A program made the position numbers and the translations under genes. A model generated the notes under the pieces. The model saw only the letters and a list, made by a program, of their open reading frames with translations. It did no database searches and had not been told where the DNA came from. This document shows positions 50,162 to 62,547 of a stretch of 64,000 nt of DNA, in pieces. Position 1 is the first letter of the stretch, and each line of letters begins with the position of its first letter. The stretch comes from Tubiluchus corallicola (taxonomy: Eukaryota; Animalia; Priapulida), in the NCBI GenBank assembly GCA_030141605.1, contig JAQGDQ010000134.1, forward strand, positions 248,001-312,000, written 5' to 3'.

Positions 50162-51354
50162 ACTTATTATTAGCAAACCACCCACCTCGTAAACGTGAGC
50201 TTCACATTCAAATGAGAAATCCAGACGAAGAGTCATTGGCTATTGAAGTACATACTGACATAAGTCATACTTTAACAAATTAACATATTATAACTGGTTC
50301 TTGGTGAGTCCAAAACTTGCTCTAAGTTTGTACGATCAACAACACATTAAGTGGTGTTAATTCTACCTCCATATCAACAACAGTAGGTGTCGTCGTCATA
50401 TTAACAGTGATGATGTGGCGTTTAAATTCTGAACGACGCCATAAGTGATCTTAAGCGACGGCATCATTCACAATTAATTTAATTTTGAAATCAAACTCGC
50501 AAAACAGAAAATGTGAAAAAGTTATAACACAATTTGGATTTAAACCAGGGACTGTTCGGCACACCAGGCGGCAACCATAACCACTAGACTGCCATGTCCG
50601 CCAGCAGTCATTACAGTCCAAAGTTCATCCACAATCAAATAATTAACAGGCCAATTATAAGTATTGTGGCAGTAATCTGCATGATGATTTTTTCCAGCCT
50701 GTCCGAGAGCTGAGGATGGCAAGAATGAATATTTCTGTCCATCACCCGATGACAGGGGCAACTGGCAATGTATCGACGATCATCAGTTATGCGATGGTAA
50801 ATTTGACTGTCCAGGCAGAGAAGACGAATCCAATACACAATGTTTATTTTATAAAGTAGTAAGTTGATTAAGTGCATTTTATGTAATATGCTAAAAAGAA
50901 GACCAAGTAAATAAAGACCTGTTTAGTAATTTGATTGGTGACCAAAGAGAACAATGCTTCCGGATGGTTACATTTGCCGTACTTCCTTCAGCCATTCCCT
51001 CATTAAGCCTGGATTTGAACCAAGGACTTATAGATCACAAATTCCATGTCTTGGCCATTACACTACTCAGGCTCAGTGATAAGACCAGGTATAAATAATG
51101 CAATCCTTATAACTCACCAATAATGCAACATTTCCAAGTAACTATTTATTCACCCTAGATAAGTACCAACTAATTATACTCATATTTTTAGTTAATTTAC
51201 AACCTGAAAATATGGTGGTGGTCATATAATTAATCATTTATACTGCTTTCTGTTCTTGTTTTAGGTGCAGTCACAGATTGCGGTTTTAGCTGAAAACTTG
51301 ATACACATAAACGCACATCTAGAAGAAGCAGTTATTGTAAGTTTAGAAAAGTAG
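44377..51354 (+). CDS. jeb: Jelly belly (Jeb)/HEN-1-like secreted LDLa-domain protein (putative ALK ligand); middle exons unresolved
   Basis: Signal-peptide exon 44377-44506 (MIRLVLMSFLLFLVLTCVSS-LP, phase-1 GTAAGT donor; TATAAA at ~44147). Phase-1 exon 50698-50858: ACPRAEDGKNEYFCPSPDDRGNWQCIDDHQLCDGKFDCPGREDESNTQCLFYKV. Phase-0 exon 51265-51354: VQSQIAVLAENLIHINAHLEEAVIVSLEK*. The CP.PD..G...CI....LCDG..DCP..EDE....C.FYK plus amphipathic tail is the Jeb C-terminal signature as I recall it. Linkage of exon 1 is inferred. Confidence 0.72.
44937..45160. repeat. Compound (ACTT)n/(ACTG)n microsatellite
   Basis: Direct inspection. Confidence 0.95.
45388..45598. repeat. Degenerate foldback/MITE-like inverted repeat
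   Basis: GCATTCTAACAAC..CTCAAGAGATAAAGTGAA..GTAAAATGATTT mirrored by AAATCATTTTAC..TTCACTTTGTCTCTTGAG..GTTGTTAAAATGC. Confidence 0.5.
48508..48677. repeat. 170-nt near-perfect palindrome/hairpin
   Basis: 49-bp outer stem (3 mismatches), 4-nt internal loop, 27-bp inner stem (3 mismatches), 10-nt loop. Confidence 0.85.
49919..50161 (+). mobile_element. tRNA-derived SINE with MetaSINE-like core, LINE-like 3' end and (GTT)n tail
   Basis: A box TAGCCCAATGG, B box GTTCAACTCC, core GTCATGCCAAACACTTAAAAATGATACTGCTGG, 3' GGGACCACCTTGGAAATAAG...TGTGTTATCCTGGG, (GTT)n at 50124-50161. Confidence 0.7.
50955..51070 (-). mobile_element. tRNA-derived SINE head fragment
   Basis: Minus-strand A box TAGTGTAATGG and B box GGTTCAAATCC, without a complete cloverleaf. 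Confidence 0.45.
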
Positions 51355-54110
51355 GAAGATGGAACTAATACACTACAAATAGTGAATGCTAAGAACAACA
51401 AGTTAGCTGCATTCTACCAATCACTTAATAAGTTTCAAGAAGAGGAAGAATACAAACATATTGCCTATGATAACATGCGAAAAACTTGTATGACTGGCAC
51501 AATATCTATTACCGTCTTCAAAGCTTGGTGGCACTACAATCGCTTATCACAGAGCTAGACGAAGGCCTTACTTTGAGAAATGCCTCACTAACCTCTCCAT
51601 GTCCATTCCAGGCTTAATTTGCAATGTTTCGCTAATTGTTTTAAAACTATTGCTTCGTTTACCGCGTTTATGTGCCCGTATAGCTGAAGTGGGATCTAGT
51701 AAACTCCAAAGAATCCGGAATTGAAGGAAACGGTAGCTGCTTAGCGAAGCCATTTCGTAAGCTGCATGGCATAGCGGCATAAACAAAAAAACTAACTTTG
51801 TGTACGGTGTTATTTGATTGCTTTCAATTGACTAAACCAATTGACTTTGAGGAGAGGAGAGCTCATCTGTTGAGAGCCGTTGTGAGCGATTACCAGGAGC
51901 AGGTAAACTTTTCAGTGGATACATGTTTTGTGCTCAACTCTATTTCCACTGCAAAGTGACGCGTTCGGCATAACCCGGCTCTTTTTAGTCCCTTTCGCTC
52001 CTCTAGTGCCCAAGCCTACTGGTGTGCCTATTTTGACTGACTGCGTGGCTTCATTTTCCACTGTGTCACAGAAAGTGCTGATGTGATCAATCAACAATTC
52101 GAAATGAAAAACATTTTATAGGGTCACATGCTGACCGCCAGGCTGCTAAATCGCACAAGTGTAGTTTTGCTCATCTACCTCGACCCGGCTTTCTGTACTG
52201 TAACGTTTTCATTACAAAAAAGGATGTCCTGGATATTTCGATTTTTTGACATCAGACCCCCATGTGGTCAAAGAAAGGAAGGGCGGGTCTTTTCCCCCTT
52301 TGGTAGCCTTTACACTAGATACGGATTCCTAGATGCTGAACGTGTTCTCGACTTTCTAACTAGTATAAACGGGTTTATATTCTAGCTTCTATTCACTGGA
52401 ATATAGTTATTACAGTACTAGTAATACCTTATGTTCACCTACGCCTGCGGCTGTCATCAACTGAAGAAGGTGCAATGAGCCTTTTCACAGTTCCTGCGAT
52501 AGATGATAATCGTGAAAACGTCAAAGGTTAGAAACTTATCTGGTTCATTTTTTCTTGTTCCCAAACAAGATGCTGCCAGTAAATTACTCTTCGCACAGAC
52601 TAATGCATAATTAAGTAAAGCCCGCGTAAAACAACTGAAGTTACTGAACTGAACGCGGCAAACGCGTTTGCTTTACCCACATGCCAGGCGACGGTTGTAG
52701 TTAAGAATGTGAAATTCACTTAACCTTTGACCTACAACAACTGCGCCTGAGCACAACGAAACCGTGAAAAGGCTTATTCCAAACCTTTGCTTTCATTTAT
52801 GCTTGTGCTGTAAAATGTTCAACTTGAAAGGCTTCGCAAGTCATCTAGAGAATAGCACAACCTAAGGCAAAACAGGTATAGGAAGAACTCTTTCAAATGC
52901 TTGCACATCCCTTGATAGAATACCTACATTATTTTCTACTAATACGTATAAAAAAATCTGTGCTATGTTTAATAAAATGAGATTTGTTTGAATGTGACGA
53001 GCGTTGGACAAAGCAGGCTTACTTTCGGGGCCCGCTAAAAGCACTCTTTTTACGACAGTTCAAATGTTTCTGCCAAATTAAAGCATCGCTTTGTACTTGG
53101 AAGCAGATTTTTATAACCAGAATACAAGTTTGATAAGGTCACATTGAAGTGATACATTAAAGCAGGATTAAATCAAGAGGCTGTATTACTAGACTATGTA
53201 CACCGCCACCTAGTAAAAGTGAATATTATAACTGATGGCAATGTTTGGCCTTAGTGAAGTTTTAAACTGTGAACATTGACAGTTGACGACCCCTGTTGTC
53301 TTCTAGATGGGTAAGTTCTCTCATATTCAATAAAAATGGCGGATAAAAGTAGCTATCATTTATTTATGCTTACACTTTTGTAAATTCTTTTTAATTACGC
53401 AGTTTGATTTCTTACCCTCAACCTGCAGGGTACTTTTCATGTCAAAACTTAAAAGGAAAATGCTTCACATGGAATATGTCAGCGATGCAGTTTTTGAGAA
53501 AGGCATTAATGGGTGGCAGTGATACTTATAAGTACGTCACTCTGTTATTTCCGCTCTAGTATCATTTAATAACAGCCTGTTGCTTTTATAATGATTATGA
53601 TAATAAAAATTAGTAGAGAGCGTTTTAGTCCTATTGTACAATTGTACATGCATTCTAAACCACAGCTGATCATAGTTCCGAAACTATGTAATAGGAATTA
53701 CAATGTACATAATAATTATATGTGCATTACTTGGAATTCAATACTTATGCAAAAGCATTTTTGTTATTGAACTAATAATGACAATGACAATGGTAAATAA
53801 AGAGATCGATATTTGTTTATTTGTTTATCGTAAATTGATCATTTTGTTATGTTTACAAACCGAACACTTCCAAAGATGATGTTGGCTACTAAATAAAGTT
53901 ACGGAGTAATACAGGTATTGCGGTCATCATTATTCATTACCATCATCATCATCATCATCATCGTCATGATAATCGTCTTTATCATAGCCAATGTCATCAT
54001 TATCGTCATAATCTCTGTTATCATTACCATAATCATCAGTCACATCAACATCAGAACCCTAGTCATTATTAATGTCAGCATCATCATCATTGTCGTCACA
54101 TTTTTCTCAG

Positions 54111-54146
54111 CGATATTCCTAAACAGAAGAAGAGTTCTGTGCTACG
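54111..54146 (+). other. Candidate 36-nt exon of an unidentified gene
   Basis: Strong acceptor TTTTTCTCAG and donor GTGAGT; length divisible by 3; open as DIPKQKKSSVLR or AIFLNRRRVLCY. Confidence 0.4.
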
Positions 54147-54351
54147 GTGAGTAAAATTTTTTGGGGCAGTGGGTGATCTTGAGTAAGTGCACCATGGTTC
54201 TCCTAGTTTGCAGACCAAAATTCCACGATTTCACAATCATTTATGCCAACAGGAATAGCAAACGAAATTCTAATAAAAATAAATTAAAGTGAGTAACATT
54301 GGAAAATTACTTTTCGATCATGAAACGGTCACAAATTTCGGTTCTGGTAAC

Positions 54352-54708
54352 CAAGGGCGTAGGCAGGTTCTAAAATTAGGGGGAGCAAGCAAGCACACAG
54401 AAACAGGCGCCCTGACACATACCAAGAAAGCGTCGTGATGCATGAAGAAATTATATGTTTGCCTATGCCACCACAGACAGTATCAGCGTGTGACAAGAAT
54501 ATATACTGATAATTAGATTTGAGGCAATTTTATTCTTGGTTTAATCAGTCAACCTTGACAAATGAGGTGCATAAATGCACATTTATTTTAAAAACACGTA
54601 CAGGAGGCAGGTTGGTCAAATAAAGTAATAAGGCAGGCAGTTGAAAACGCGCCAATTTTGAAAAATGCGCTTGGGGAGCGATTGCTTCCTCTATTAGCTG
54701 CCCCACTG
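54352..54708. mobile_element. hAT-type MITE with 8-bp TSD
   Basis: Termini CAAGGGCGTAG...CTGCCCCACTG; flanks CTGGTAAC (54344-54351) and TTGGTAAC (54709-54716) match 7/8. Confidence 0.7.
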
Positions 54709-56149
54709 TTGGTAACTCGTGAGCAATAGGACAATAGGTTAGCAGAGCTGCAGAATTAGCCTAACATAAAAATAATAATTTGCAAGCTGTTTATCGTACA
54801 GTAAGGAAATTTCGGATAGTGTAATATTTAAAAATGAAGCTATAAAATGTGATTGTAAAGTTATAATTAACTTGATAATATTTGTTTAAGCATATAAACA
54901 ACAACATTAACGAATTAACTTAGCAATTAAACCGTCGGCAAATTACTATAATGGGAGCTCTCGTAATCTTGGCGTGTGGAAAAACATTTTCTAACACAAG
55001 CCTTGTGATTGCAATAATAAAGGATATGAATTATCCATTTTTATGCAACTAAGTACGTTTCACAGTTTTAATTGCTATTGTTACATAACCGCATAATTTT
55101 TTTAATTAAGCATTGTAAACTGCAAATGCATTTTTTCTTTTACGGTGGATTCACTAGACCGATTAATAATCAATTTATTCTTCGTTAAAATAAAAAAAAT
55201 GCTTGACATGGTTACTGTTATTTAAGAGAGTTTACTGATAAAGCAAAGGCAATGTCTAAATTTATTTGACATAATTGCCCTCAATATAGGGAACGCAGAC
55301 AATCACACCAATCAAATTTTGTTATCTTACGTGGTTCTCAGAATATGCGGCAGAATGGGCTTTAAACACTTCATACTTAATCATCGCTGCTTTTGTCAAT
55401 GCATTAATGAAGAAGATTGCTAATCAAAATGGCACAAAAGCTAATGTGAATTGAATCAAATAAATTATATTTATACACACATAAATACAAACGATAAAAT
55501 CTTACTATTATTAACGAGGTTGTAGAAAAGATCGTAAGATTTATTATTAGAATATCCATGGAATTATCTACAGAATCAAAGTCATCGTAGGAAGTGTCTC
55601 TTACCAAAATCAATTAAGCGGGCTGCTAGGATGTTATTTCCTTACATACTCTCATGCGGAAAAATTATCTTAAGATATCTTAAGTTTCCTGACACCACAT
55701 TCATTATGTTACACTTGGGCTTACACAAAGAGAGAGAATAATTTCCCCTGTTTCTCTGTATGACCTTTATTTGAAGCAGATGGTAGGACTTAAGTGTTAT
55801 TATGCAGTAATTAAGACAGCTGAATACGGGATAAAACTAGATTTCGTACCACACATTTTCAATTATGAAAGTTAAACCTAGCCAAGCTTACCTATGTGCT
55901 ATTAAGATAAAGGTTTCATGTTTGCACAGTCCATGAAAAGACGAGCTTCTCTTGTTTGTGTCGTACGATATTAATTATACTTACACCCACGAGCTGTAGT
56001 GGTTCATGATAACGTCTGCAAAGTACACCTGTAGAAAACATCTGTAGACCCACTGCAAAGGTCAGGAAACACTGATTCCAATGAATTGTTGGATGGATGA
56101 TCGCAGAAAAAATAGTAGCAGTCATATCTTGTTGCTCTAGAGGGACCGG

Positions 56150-56960
56150 AGATAGCTCTATATGGAGTAAAGACAGTCTAAGGATAGCTTTAGGGAGTAA
56201 AGGCAAGTTTAGTGAATAGAGAAAACTTTAGGGAACACAGAGATTTAGGGAGTAGGGATAACTTTTTGAGGAGTAAAGACAGATCTAGGGAGCAAAGACG
56301 GATCTAAGGAGAAAGGGGGTAGGGACAGCCCTGGGGAGTAAAGACAGGACCAGCGAGAAGGAACAACTCCGTGGAATAAAGACAGCAATAGAGAGAGTAG
56401 GGAGAGCTCGCGAGAAAAAAGACAGGACCAGGGAGTAGGGACAACACGCAAGAGTAAAGACAGGACTATGAAGTGGGGAGAGCTCTGAGGAGTAAAGACA
56501 GGACTAGCGAGTAGGGACAGCTCGCGAGAGTAAAGCCAGGAATAGGGAGTAGGGACAACTCTGAGGAGTAAAGACAGGACTAGCGAGCTTGCGAGAGTAA
56601 AGACAGGACTAGGGAATAGGGACAGCACGCGAGAGTAAAGACAGGACTAGGGAACAGGGACAGCTCGCGAGAGTAAAGACAGGACTAAGGAGTAGGGAGA
56701 ACTCGCGAGAGAACAGACAGGATTAAGCAGTTGGAACACCTCACGAGAGTAAAGACAGGACCAGGGAGTAGAAACATCTCGCGAGAGTAAAGGTAAGACT
56801 AGGGACTAAAGACTACTCGGGGGAGTGAAAACAGGCCTAAGACTAAGGACTGATCTGGGAAACAAAGAATAATCTAGGAGGATTTGGGACAACCCTAGGA
56901 AGTGAAGATGGGCGGTTGCAAGTAAAGGCAGACAGCCCTATGGATCGAAAAGACAAGTCT
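56150..56960. repeat. Degenerate purine-rich 38-bp (2 x 19) minisatellite
   Basis: Consensus GAGAGTAAAGACAGGACTA-GGGAGTAGGGACAGCTCGC; for example, units start at 56631 and 56669; divergence increases toward the edges. Confidence 0.85.
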
Positions 56961-57166
56961 AGGTATTAGTTCATAGATATAGACATTGGGCATATGCAGC
57001 TCCTGATATTTATTCAGCAAAATTTACCTTATTGGAGAGCATTTTTTCAATGCCATGAAGTAGCTGCTGGAGGAGGAAATAAAGATCCATAAAGATCATA
57101 CATGAATAGTAAATGTGCAACCACTTATTTTAATTAGCACATGACGCACAAGTGGAACACGTAGCA

Positions 57167-59108
57167 TCCTTCAAGCAGGTAAACGTGATATTATAACTTT
57201 GTGTAGAAAGTTCTTTGGGGCATACCTCAAAATTCCATTTTCTTCCCGTTTAATAACCAGACTAAAAAGTCGTTCATTGGTTTATTTTGGCTGCTACTTA
57301 GTTTCCTAGCCTGAGAAGTTGCAACTGTGTGCACTTACTGACCAAAGTTTAGCAACGCCAAGCCTAATCAGCAAATGAATGAGTGACTGCCTAGAATAAC
57401 TAACCTCTAAACGATTTCGTTTGGCATGACGTTGCAGCTCCCGGTATTTGCTATTTTGAGGACTTGCGTGAATCCAAACATGGCTAAGGCACCGCTGCTG
57501 GTTCAGTATCTCATCTTACAGGAGTAATGAGATACCCAAGTATCGATCGAGTCACAACCATGTTCAGCAGACTTGGCCGCTGAGTTAAATCCCAATTTAC
57601 AATGTCTGTTGAACCGTAGAACTATTAGACTTATCTAAAACCCTTTTCACATGGCAAAATAGTGCGAGTGTTAACATGATCACTAAACAAACCACTTTGA
57701 ACCAAACAGAGTACATTGTTAACGTCACGCCGCTCAAAGGGTTTTAGTGTAAAACGGTTTAAAATGGTTTTCAAAGTAACTCCCAGGCAGGTTTCAAAAC
57801 TGTTTGGTGACGTCGATTTGAAATGGTTTAAGCTTTTCATTTGAACATTCAAAACGATTTCAAAACGGTTCACACTTCCCGGGTGAAATGAATAAAAATT
57901 TTGAATTCTTCTGTGAAACGGTGTTTCTTGCAATAGTCCCGCGGCTTTTGATTTACACTACACATCTTGCTACATTTCCTTTTTAATTAATACGGCTTGC
58001 CAGTAACCAAGTGAGTTAACTGCTACACAGATGATTCACCAATAGTTGATTTTACATTAATTTTTGTCATCATAATGCTGTGAAATGTTTACTACTGTGC
58101 TAGACATGTACAACTAGCAACAATTCATTGTGATACTTTTTAAAATTGTATGTTGCACATTTGCTCAAAAATCCATGATCAATAATACGGCTAATGATTT
58201 GTTATTTAATATTAAACAATCGGCTTCTATGTTTTTCACTTGTATTTTTGCATAATGTGTCCTATTTGTTGATGTAGAATTTGCCAGTGCACTCTGTAAT
58301 TGAAGTATTTGTGCAACAAACTTGAAATGAATTAAATTGACAAATTACAATCATGTTGCTGGTCCTTCAAGCAGGCAAACGTGATATTATAACTTTGTGT
58401 GGAAAGTTCTTTGGGGCATACTTCAAAATTCCATTTTCTTCCCTTTTAATAACCAGACTAAAAAGTCATTCATTGGCTTATTTTGGCTGCTACTTACTTT
58501 CCTGGCCTAAGAAGTTGCAACTGTGTGCACTAACTGATGAAAGTTTAGCAACATCAAGCCTAATCAGCAAATGAATGAGTGACTGCCTAGCAAAACTAAC
58601 CTCTAAACGATTTCCTTTGGCATGACCTTGCAGCTCCCGGTATTTGCTATTTTGAGGACTTGCGTGAGTCCAAACATGGCTAAGGCACCGCTGCTGGTTC
58701 AGTATCTCATCTTACAGGAGTAATGAGATACCCAAGTATCGATCGAGTCACAACCAACTATGTTCAGTAGACTTAGCCGCTGAGTTAAATCCCAATTTAC
58801 AATGTCTGTTGAACCGTAGAACTATTTGACTTATCTAATACCCTTTTCACATGGCAAAATAGTGCGAGTGTTAACATGATCACTGAACAAACCACTTTGG
58901 ACCAAACAGAGTACATTGTTGACGTCACGCCGCTTAAAAGGTTTTAGTGTAAAACGGTTTAAAAAAGGGTTTCAAAGTAACTCCCAAGCAGGTTTCAAAA
59001 CTGTTTGGTGACGTCGATTTGAAATGGTTTGAGCTGTTCATGTGAACATTCAAAACGATGTCAAAACGGTTCACACTTCCCGGGTGAAATAAATAAAAAT
59101 TTTGAATT
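57167..59108. repeat. Spaced direct duplication: ~740-bp copies at 57167-57907 and 58363-59108
   Basis: The copies align end to end with scattered substitutions and small indels; 455-bp unique spacer. Confidence 0.9.
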
Positions 59109-60475
59109 TAACTAGAGCATTTGGGAAAATAAATTTTTGGTCGTTTCTACCCTACAAGCCTTTAACGAAACTATGAGAAACATTTTTTGCAATTCGCAAC
59201 GTTCCTGGACTGACATTAATTTATTGCAATGAAGCCAGACACGTTCGGAAGCAGCTTCACGACTAGCTTAGCTAACTAACTGCGCAATACTAGCGACCCA
59301 AGGACAAATTCTTTGGTGAAAAACATCCAAGCTGCACTGAGAAAGTTCTAGAAAGTGTGACTGACCTGCAAGTAGTCTGCGTCGCGAAAAAACATGTCTT
59401 TAAGACATGGGTGATGTTCGAGATATAGACCACGTGGTACAATACTATGTTCTCTTGTCTTTACCAGCCATTACACGAAAAATACGATCCTAAAACATCT
59501 TGACATGGCCTTTCACAACAAAAAAGCTTGCGCTACATACAAAAGTGTTCTGCAGACAGGCTTAGTCCAGTTTTTAGTCTGTGAAAAACAGACGCGACTA
59601 CTGCTGTCTGCACAGAACATACTTATTGCCTTCTCTGTCAAGTTAAGCAAAAAGGCAAATCTTTACACAGACCTAGTGTAAGTTTGATCTTAAGACTTTT
59701 CTAGAATGACTTCAAAACAGGTCATTCAAATTTATTTTGTATAAAATTGAGCTCCTAATTGCGACCTTTTATCTGATAATTTGCCATATGATGTCTTCAT
59801 GTTTCTACGTCCTTGTGTCTTAACCTTGACCGGCAGGCACAAAATGACTTAACCTGAAACAGCATTGCTAAAAAAAACCTTGTCTGCCATTCTGTTCAGC
59901 AAATAAATATGTTATTTCCATTCTTATTGCTTATTTAGCTCTGTATCCAAGTGCAAGGTGGGAATTTGTAAACAGCACTGAGTTGAAAAGTCATTTGCAT
60001 TCAGTTTTAAAAATCTTAAAATTTTTCATAAATGTACGTACAGAGTGGTCCAGAAAAAACATTACCTCAAGCAAACTCGTGTCCTTTCACTCTTCTAGAG
60101 GTACTTGTAAAAGAGACCCACATCACCATGTAGCCCATCCCTCTTCGTTTTGACAAAGACTCCACCAAGAACAGAAAGAACATTTTGTCATACACGGCAT
60201 TCTGGCAATAAGCAAAAACGGTCATTTTTAGAGGAACACCCCAGAAGCACTTGATGGGAATCTTGGAAAGAAATTTATAGCGCATTGAAAAGAAGAGGAA
60301 GTTGAGGAACTGGGTTTCATGATGATGTGGCTCTTCTACAACACCTCTACCAAAATAAATGACTACGGGTTTGAAGGATTGGACAACTTTTTATAATACT
60401 GAATTACTGATGCATACTGAACAGTAAATCACTGTACATATCGTCATGCAATTACTGACTGTGTACTTAGCAATT

Positions 60476-60536
60476 AAAGTTAAGCAATGTTAAGCCTGAT
60501 CAGTGGATGGGTAAGTGACCGTTGGGTTCAATATTC
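60476..60536 (+). mobile_element. Degenerate 5S rRNA-derived SINE-like fragment (related copy ~35020-35080)
   Basis: AAAGTTAAGCAATGTTAAGCCTGATCAGTGGATGGG...TGACCGTTGGG resembles the 5S internal control region; too short and diverged to be a 5S gene. Confidence 0.4.
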
Positions 60537-61734
60537 GTTATAGGCAGTTTATAATACAACAACGCCTTTGAATATTAATCTTGTTGAACAAAGTGTCCAT
60601 GCATACACACTCGCATGAGGGTGAAACACCTTTGCTAGTAATAATTAAAACTCAACTAAAGCACGTCTTTGTGGATTATAAACAAACATAATAACCAAAC
60701 AACATAGCTTGTAAACACAAAGCAAACTCTCGTACGATTCAGATTAATTTTAATAATGTAGCGTTGTCTTGTTATGGGTTTACTTGGGGGCGGTGTTTGT
60801 ACGTATTATCTTATATAATAGATGACAAGAACAGCTTGAAATCAGTAACGACTAATGCACTGATAAAATCGGATTTTCGAAAGCATTATCCTAGCAATAA
60901 AGGTTTTCGTGTAGACATCTAGTTTTTACATTGATTGGCAGTGGTCGGCAGAGGTGTTTTGGCAACGTTTGAACATGTGGACAGCCTCGCTCAACGAGAT
61001 AAATAGTCGAAGTAATACGGAAATGGAAATCATCCATCCATTTGCAAACCAGGTCCAACATTTGCATAACTTCGCCGAGAGGTAAATTTCCTAGTAGTAA
61101 TCCATCAATTACAAGCAAGACCCAAAGTTGCTTAACTTTGGTGCAAAACACACACTTACCACTTAGCTTCTTTCTTGCCAAAAAACAAAAACAAAATTCA
61201 AAACATTCAATAGATATAGTTTTTTGGAAAAAAATCTAGACAGTTATTATAATTTTAGATTGACGCACTCACAAAATTTATGCATTTCTATTATTTTTAA
61301 TTTTAAAGCATTTTAAACGCATTTTTAAAAGTTTGACACATACGCTGGATTTCTATTCTACAAGCCTTATTATAACTAAACGCTGTTTGGTGACATAACG
61401 TAGGTGCAACATTATTCTCAAGGTAGTTCCAAGCTCCATTATTCACTGCATCACTATTAGACAGGCGTTCAACTTTGATAGTATAATTATTGTGAGGACG
61501 CTAGCTGGTGATTCTTAATGGCCGGTTGTTCTGTTGCTAACGTGGACGCTCATCATAAGTATTTCACCTTTGTTTACAATTTAGACTTGTGAGGTTTAAA
61601 AACATTTTCAATCATAATCGAACGATGTAGGTATTATAATCATTTGTATTGATTAGAACGAGGCATGTTCAGGTAGTTTGCGCATTGTGAGATTATCAAA
61701 GCTTCCTCAGTGAAGCCAGAGCTGCCGAGTTTGT

Positions 61735-62074
61735 ATGTTTAGCCCCGGCGGGGCAGCACCTCACAAGCCTCGTTGTCTCGCCTGCTCTTCCCGAAGACAC
61801 GGTGCGCGTCTTCCCAGGGTCTTCACTGATTATCTCCGCAGAAAGAAGGTCTTTTGCGGCACTACAAGTTTACGGGCGTCGCCTAACAGGTCGCCAATGA
61901 TGTCGCAAGAAGCCGCCGGACAGGAGAAAATGGACGCTCCGGAGAAGCCGATGGTCCAAGAGAGAATGGTAACCCAGCAGAAAGCAGGTACGCAGGAAAG
62001 ATCCATGTCACAGGAAAGGGTGATGTCTACCCAGCAGCGCTACTCTACCTTCCCACGGACAAGGCAAATTGCAG
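61735..62074 (+). CDS. Probable coding exon of an unidentified gene continuing beyond the window
   Basis: GC-rich island with open frame ...MMSQEAAGQEKMDAPEKPMVQERMVTQQKAGTQERSMSQERVMSTQQRYSTFPRTRQIA ending at a CAG/GTACTT donor. The 5' boundary is uncertain (ATG 61735, ATG 61897, or acceptor 61742). Confidence 0.55.
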
Positions 62075-62547
62075 GTACTTAGTAAAACATTGACAGATTA
62101 ACAGCATTTTTTTATTTTACATTCGATTTAATTTATTTTGTGAATTAACTAGTATGCGTTCTACTACTACATTTATTGTTGCTAACTACGACAAGTTAAT
62201 GAACTCATACTATTCATTAAACTCTCTAGTTTTAAATAATCATCAATAATTTATTTTCAAAGCTCAAAGAAAGTGGCGTTTACGATTTCTGTAGGTATAT
62301 ACAAAAATTATACATGTATGTGCAAAGGTATAAATCTAGCTGCTGCAATTATCGATCACGTCACCGCCCTGAAAAAGCTCTAATTCGAACCATGCGCACT
62401 AGCGGGCAGCTATTGTTGAAGAAATGAAGCCATCGCGTGCAATGATGTCACTACCTCAGGGTTCAAATGGTTTTACTGACGCCTCCTGTAATTTACTTGC
62501 ACGGGCCACGTTTTATGGGGGAAACAAGATTCAGTCTTCATTTGGTC

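Noticed and set aside
50215-50255. Hammerhead-ribozyme-like core (also checked CTGATGA/CTGAAGA sites at ~28194, ~49036, ~52461)
   Set aside because: None has an intact CTGANGA-stem II-GAAA arrangement with closing stems.
51265-51760. Degenerate hAT transposase, or stop-codon readthrough after TAG 51354 (frame stays open ~67 codons)
   Set aside because: The first 29 codons are better explained as the Jeb-like terminal exon, the hAT resemblance needs several arbitrary frameshifts, and the TAG-G context is not a typical readthrough signal.
61743-61900. RR-SFAALQVY-GRR, resembling an amidated neuropeptide in an alternative frame
   Set aside because: Single copy with no demonstrated link to a signal peptide; the overlapping frame looks more protein-like, so chance is likely.
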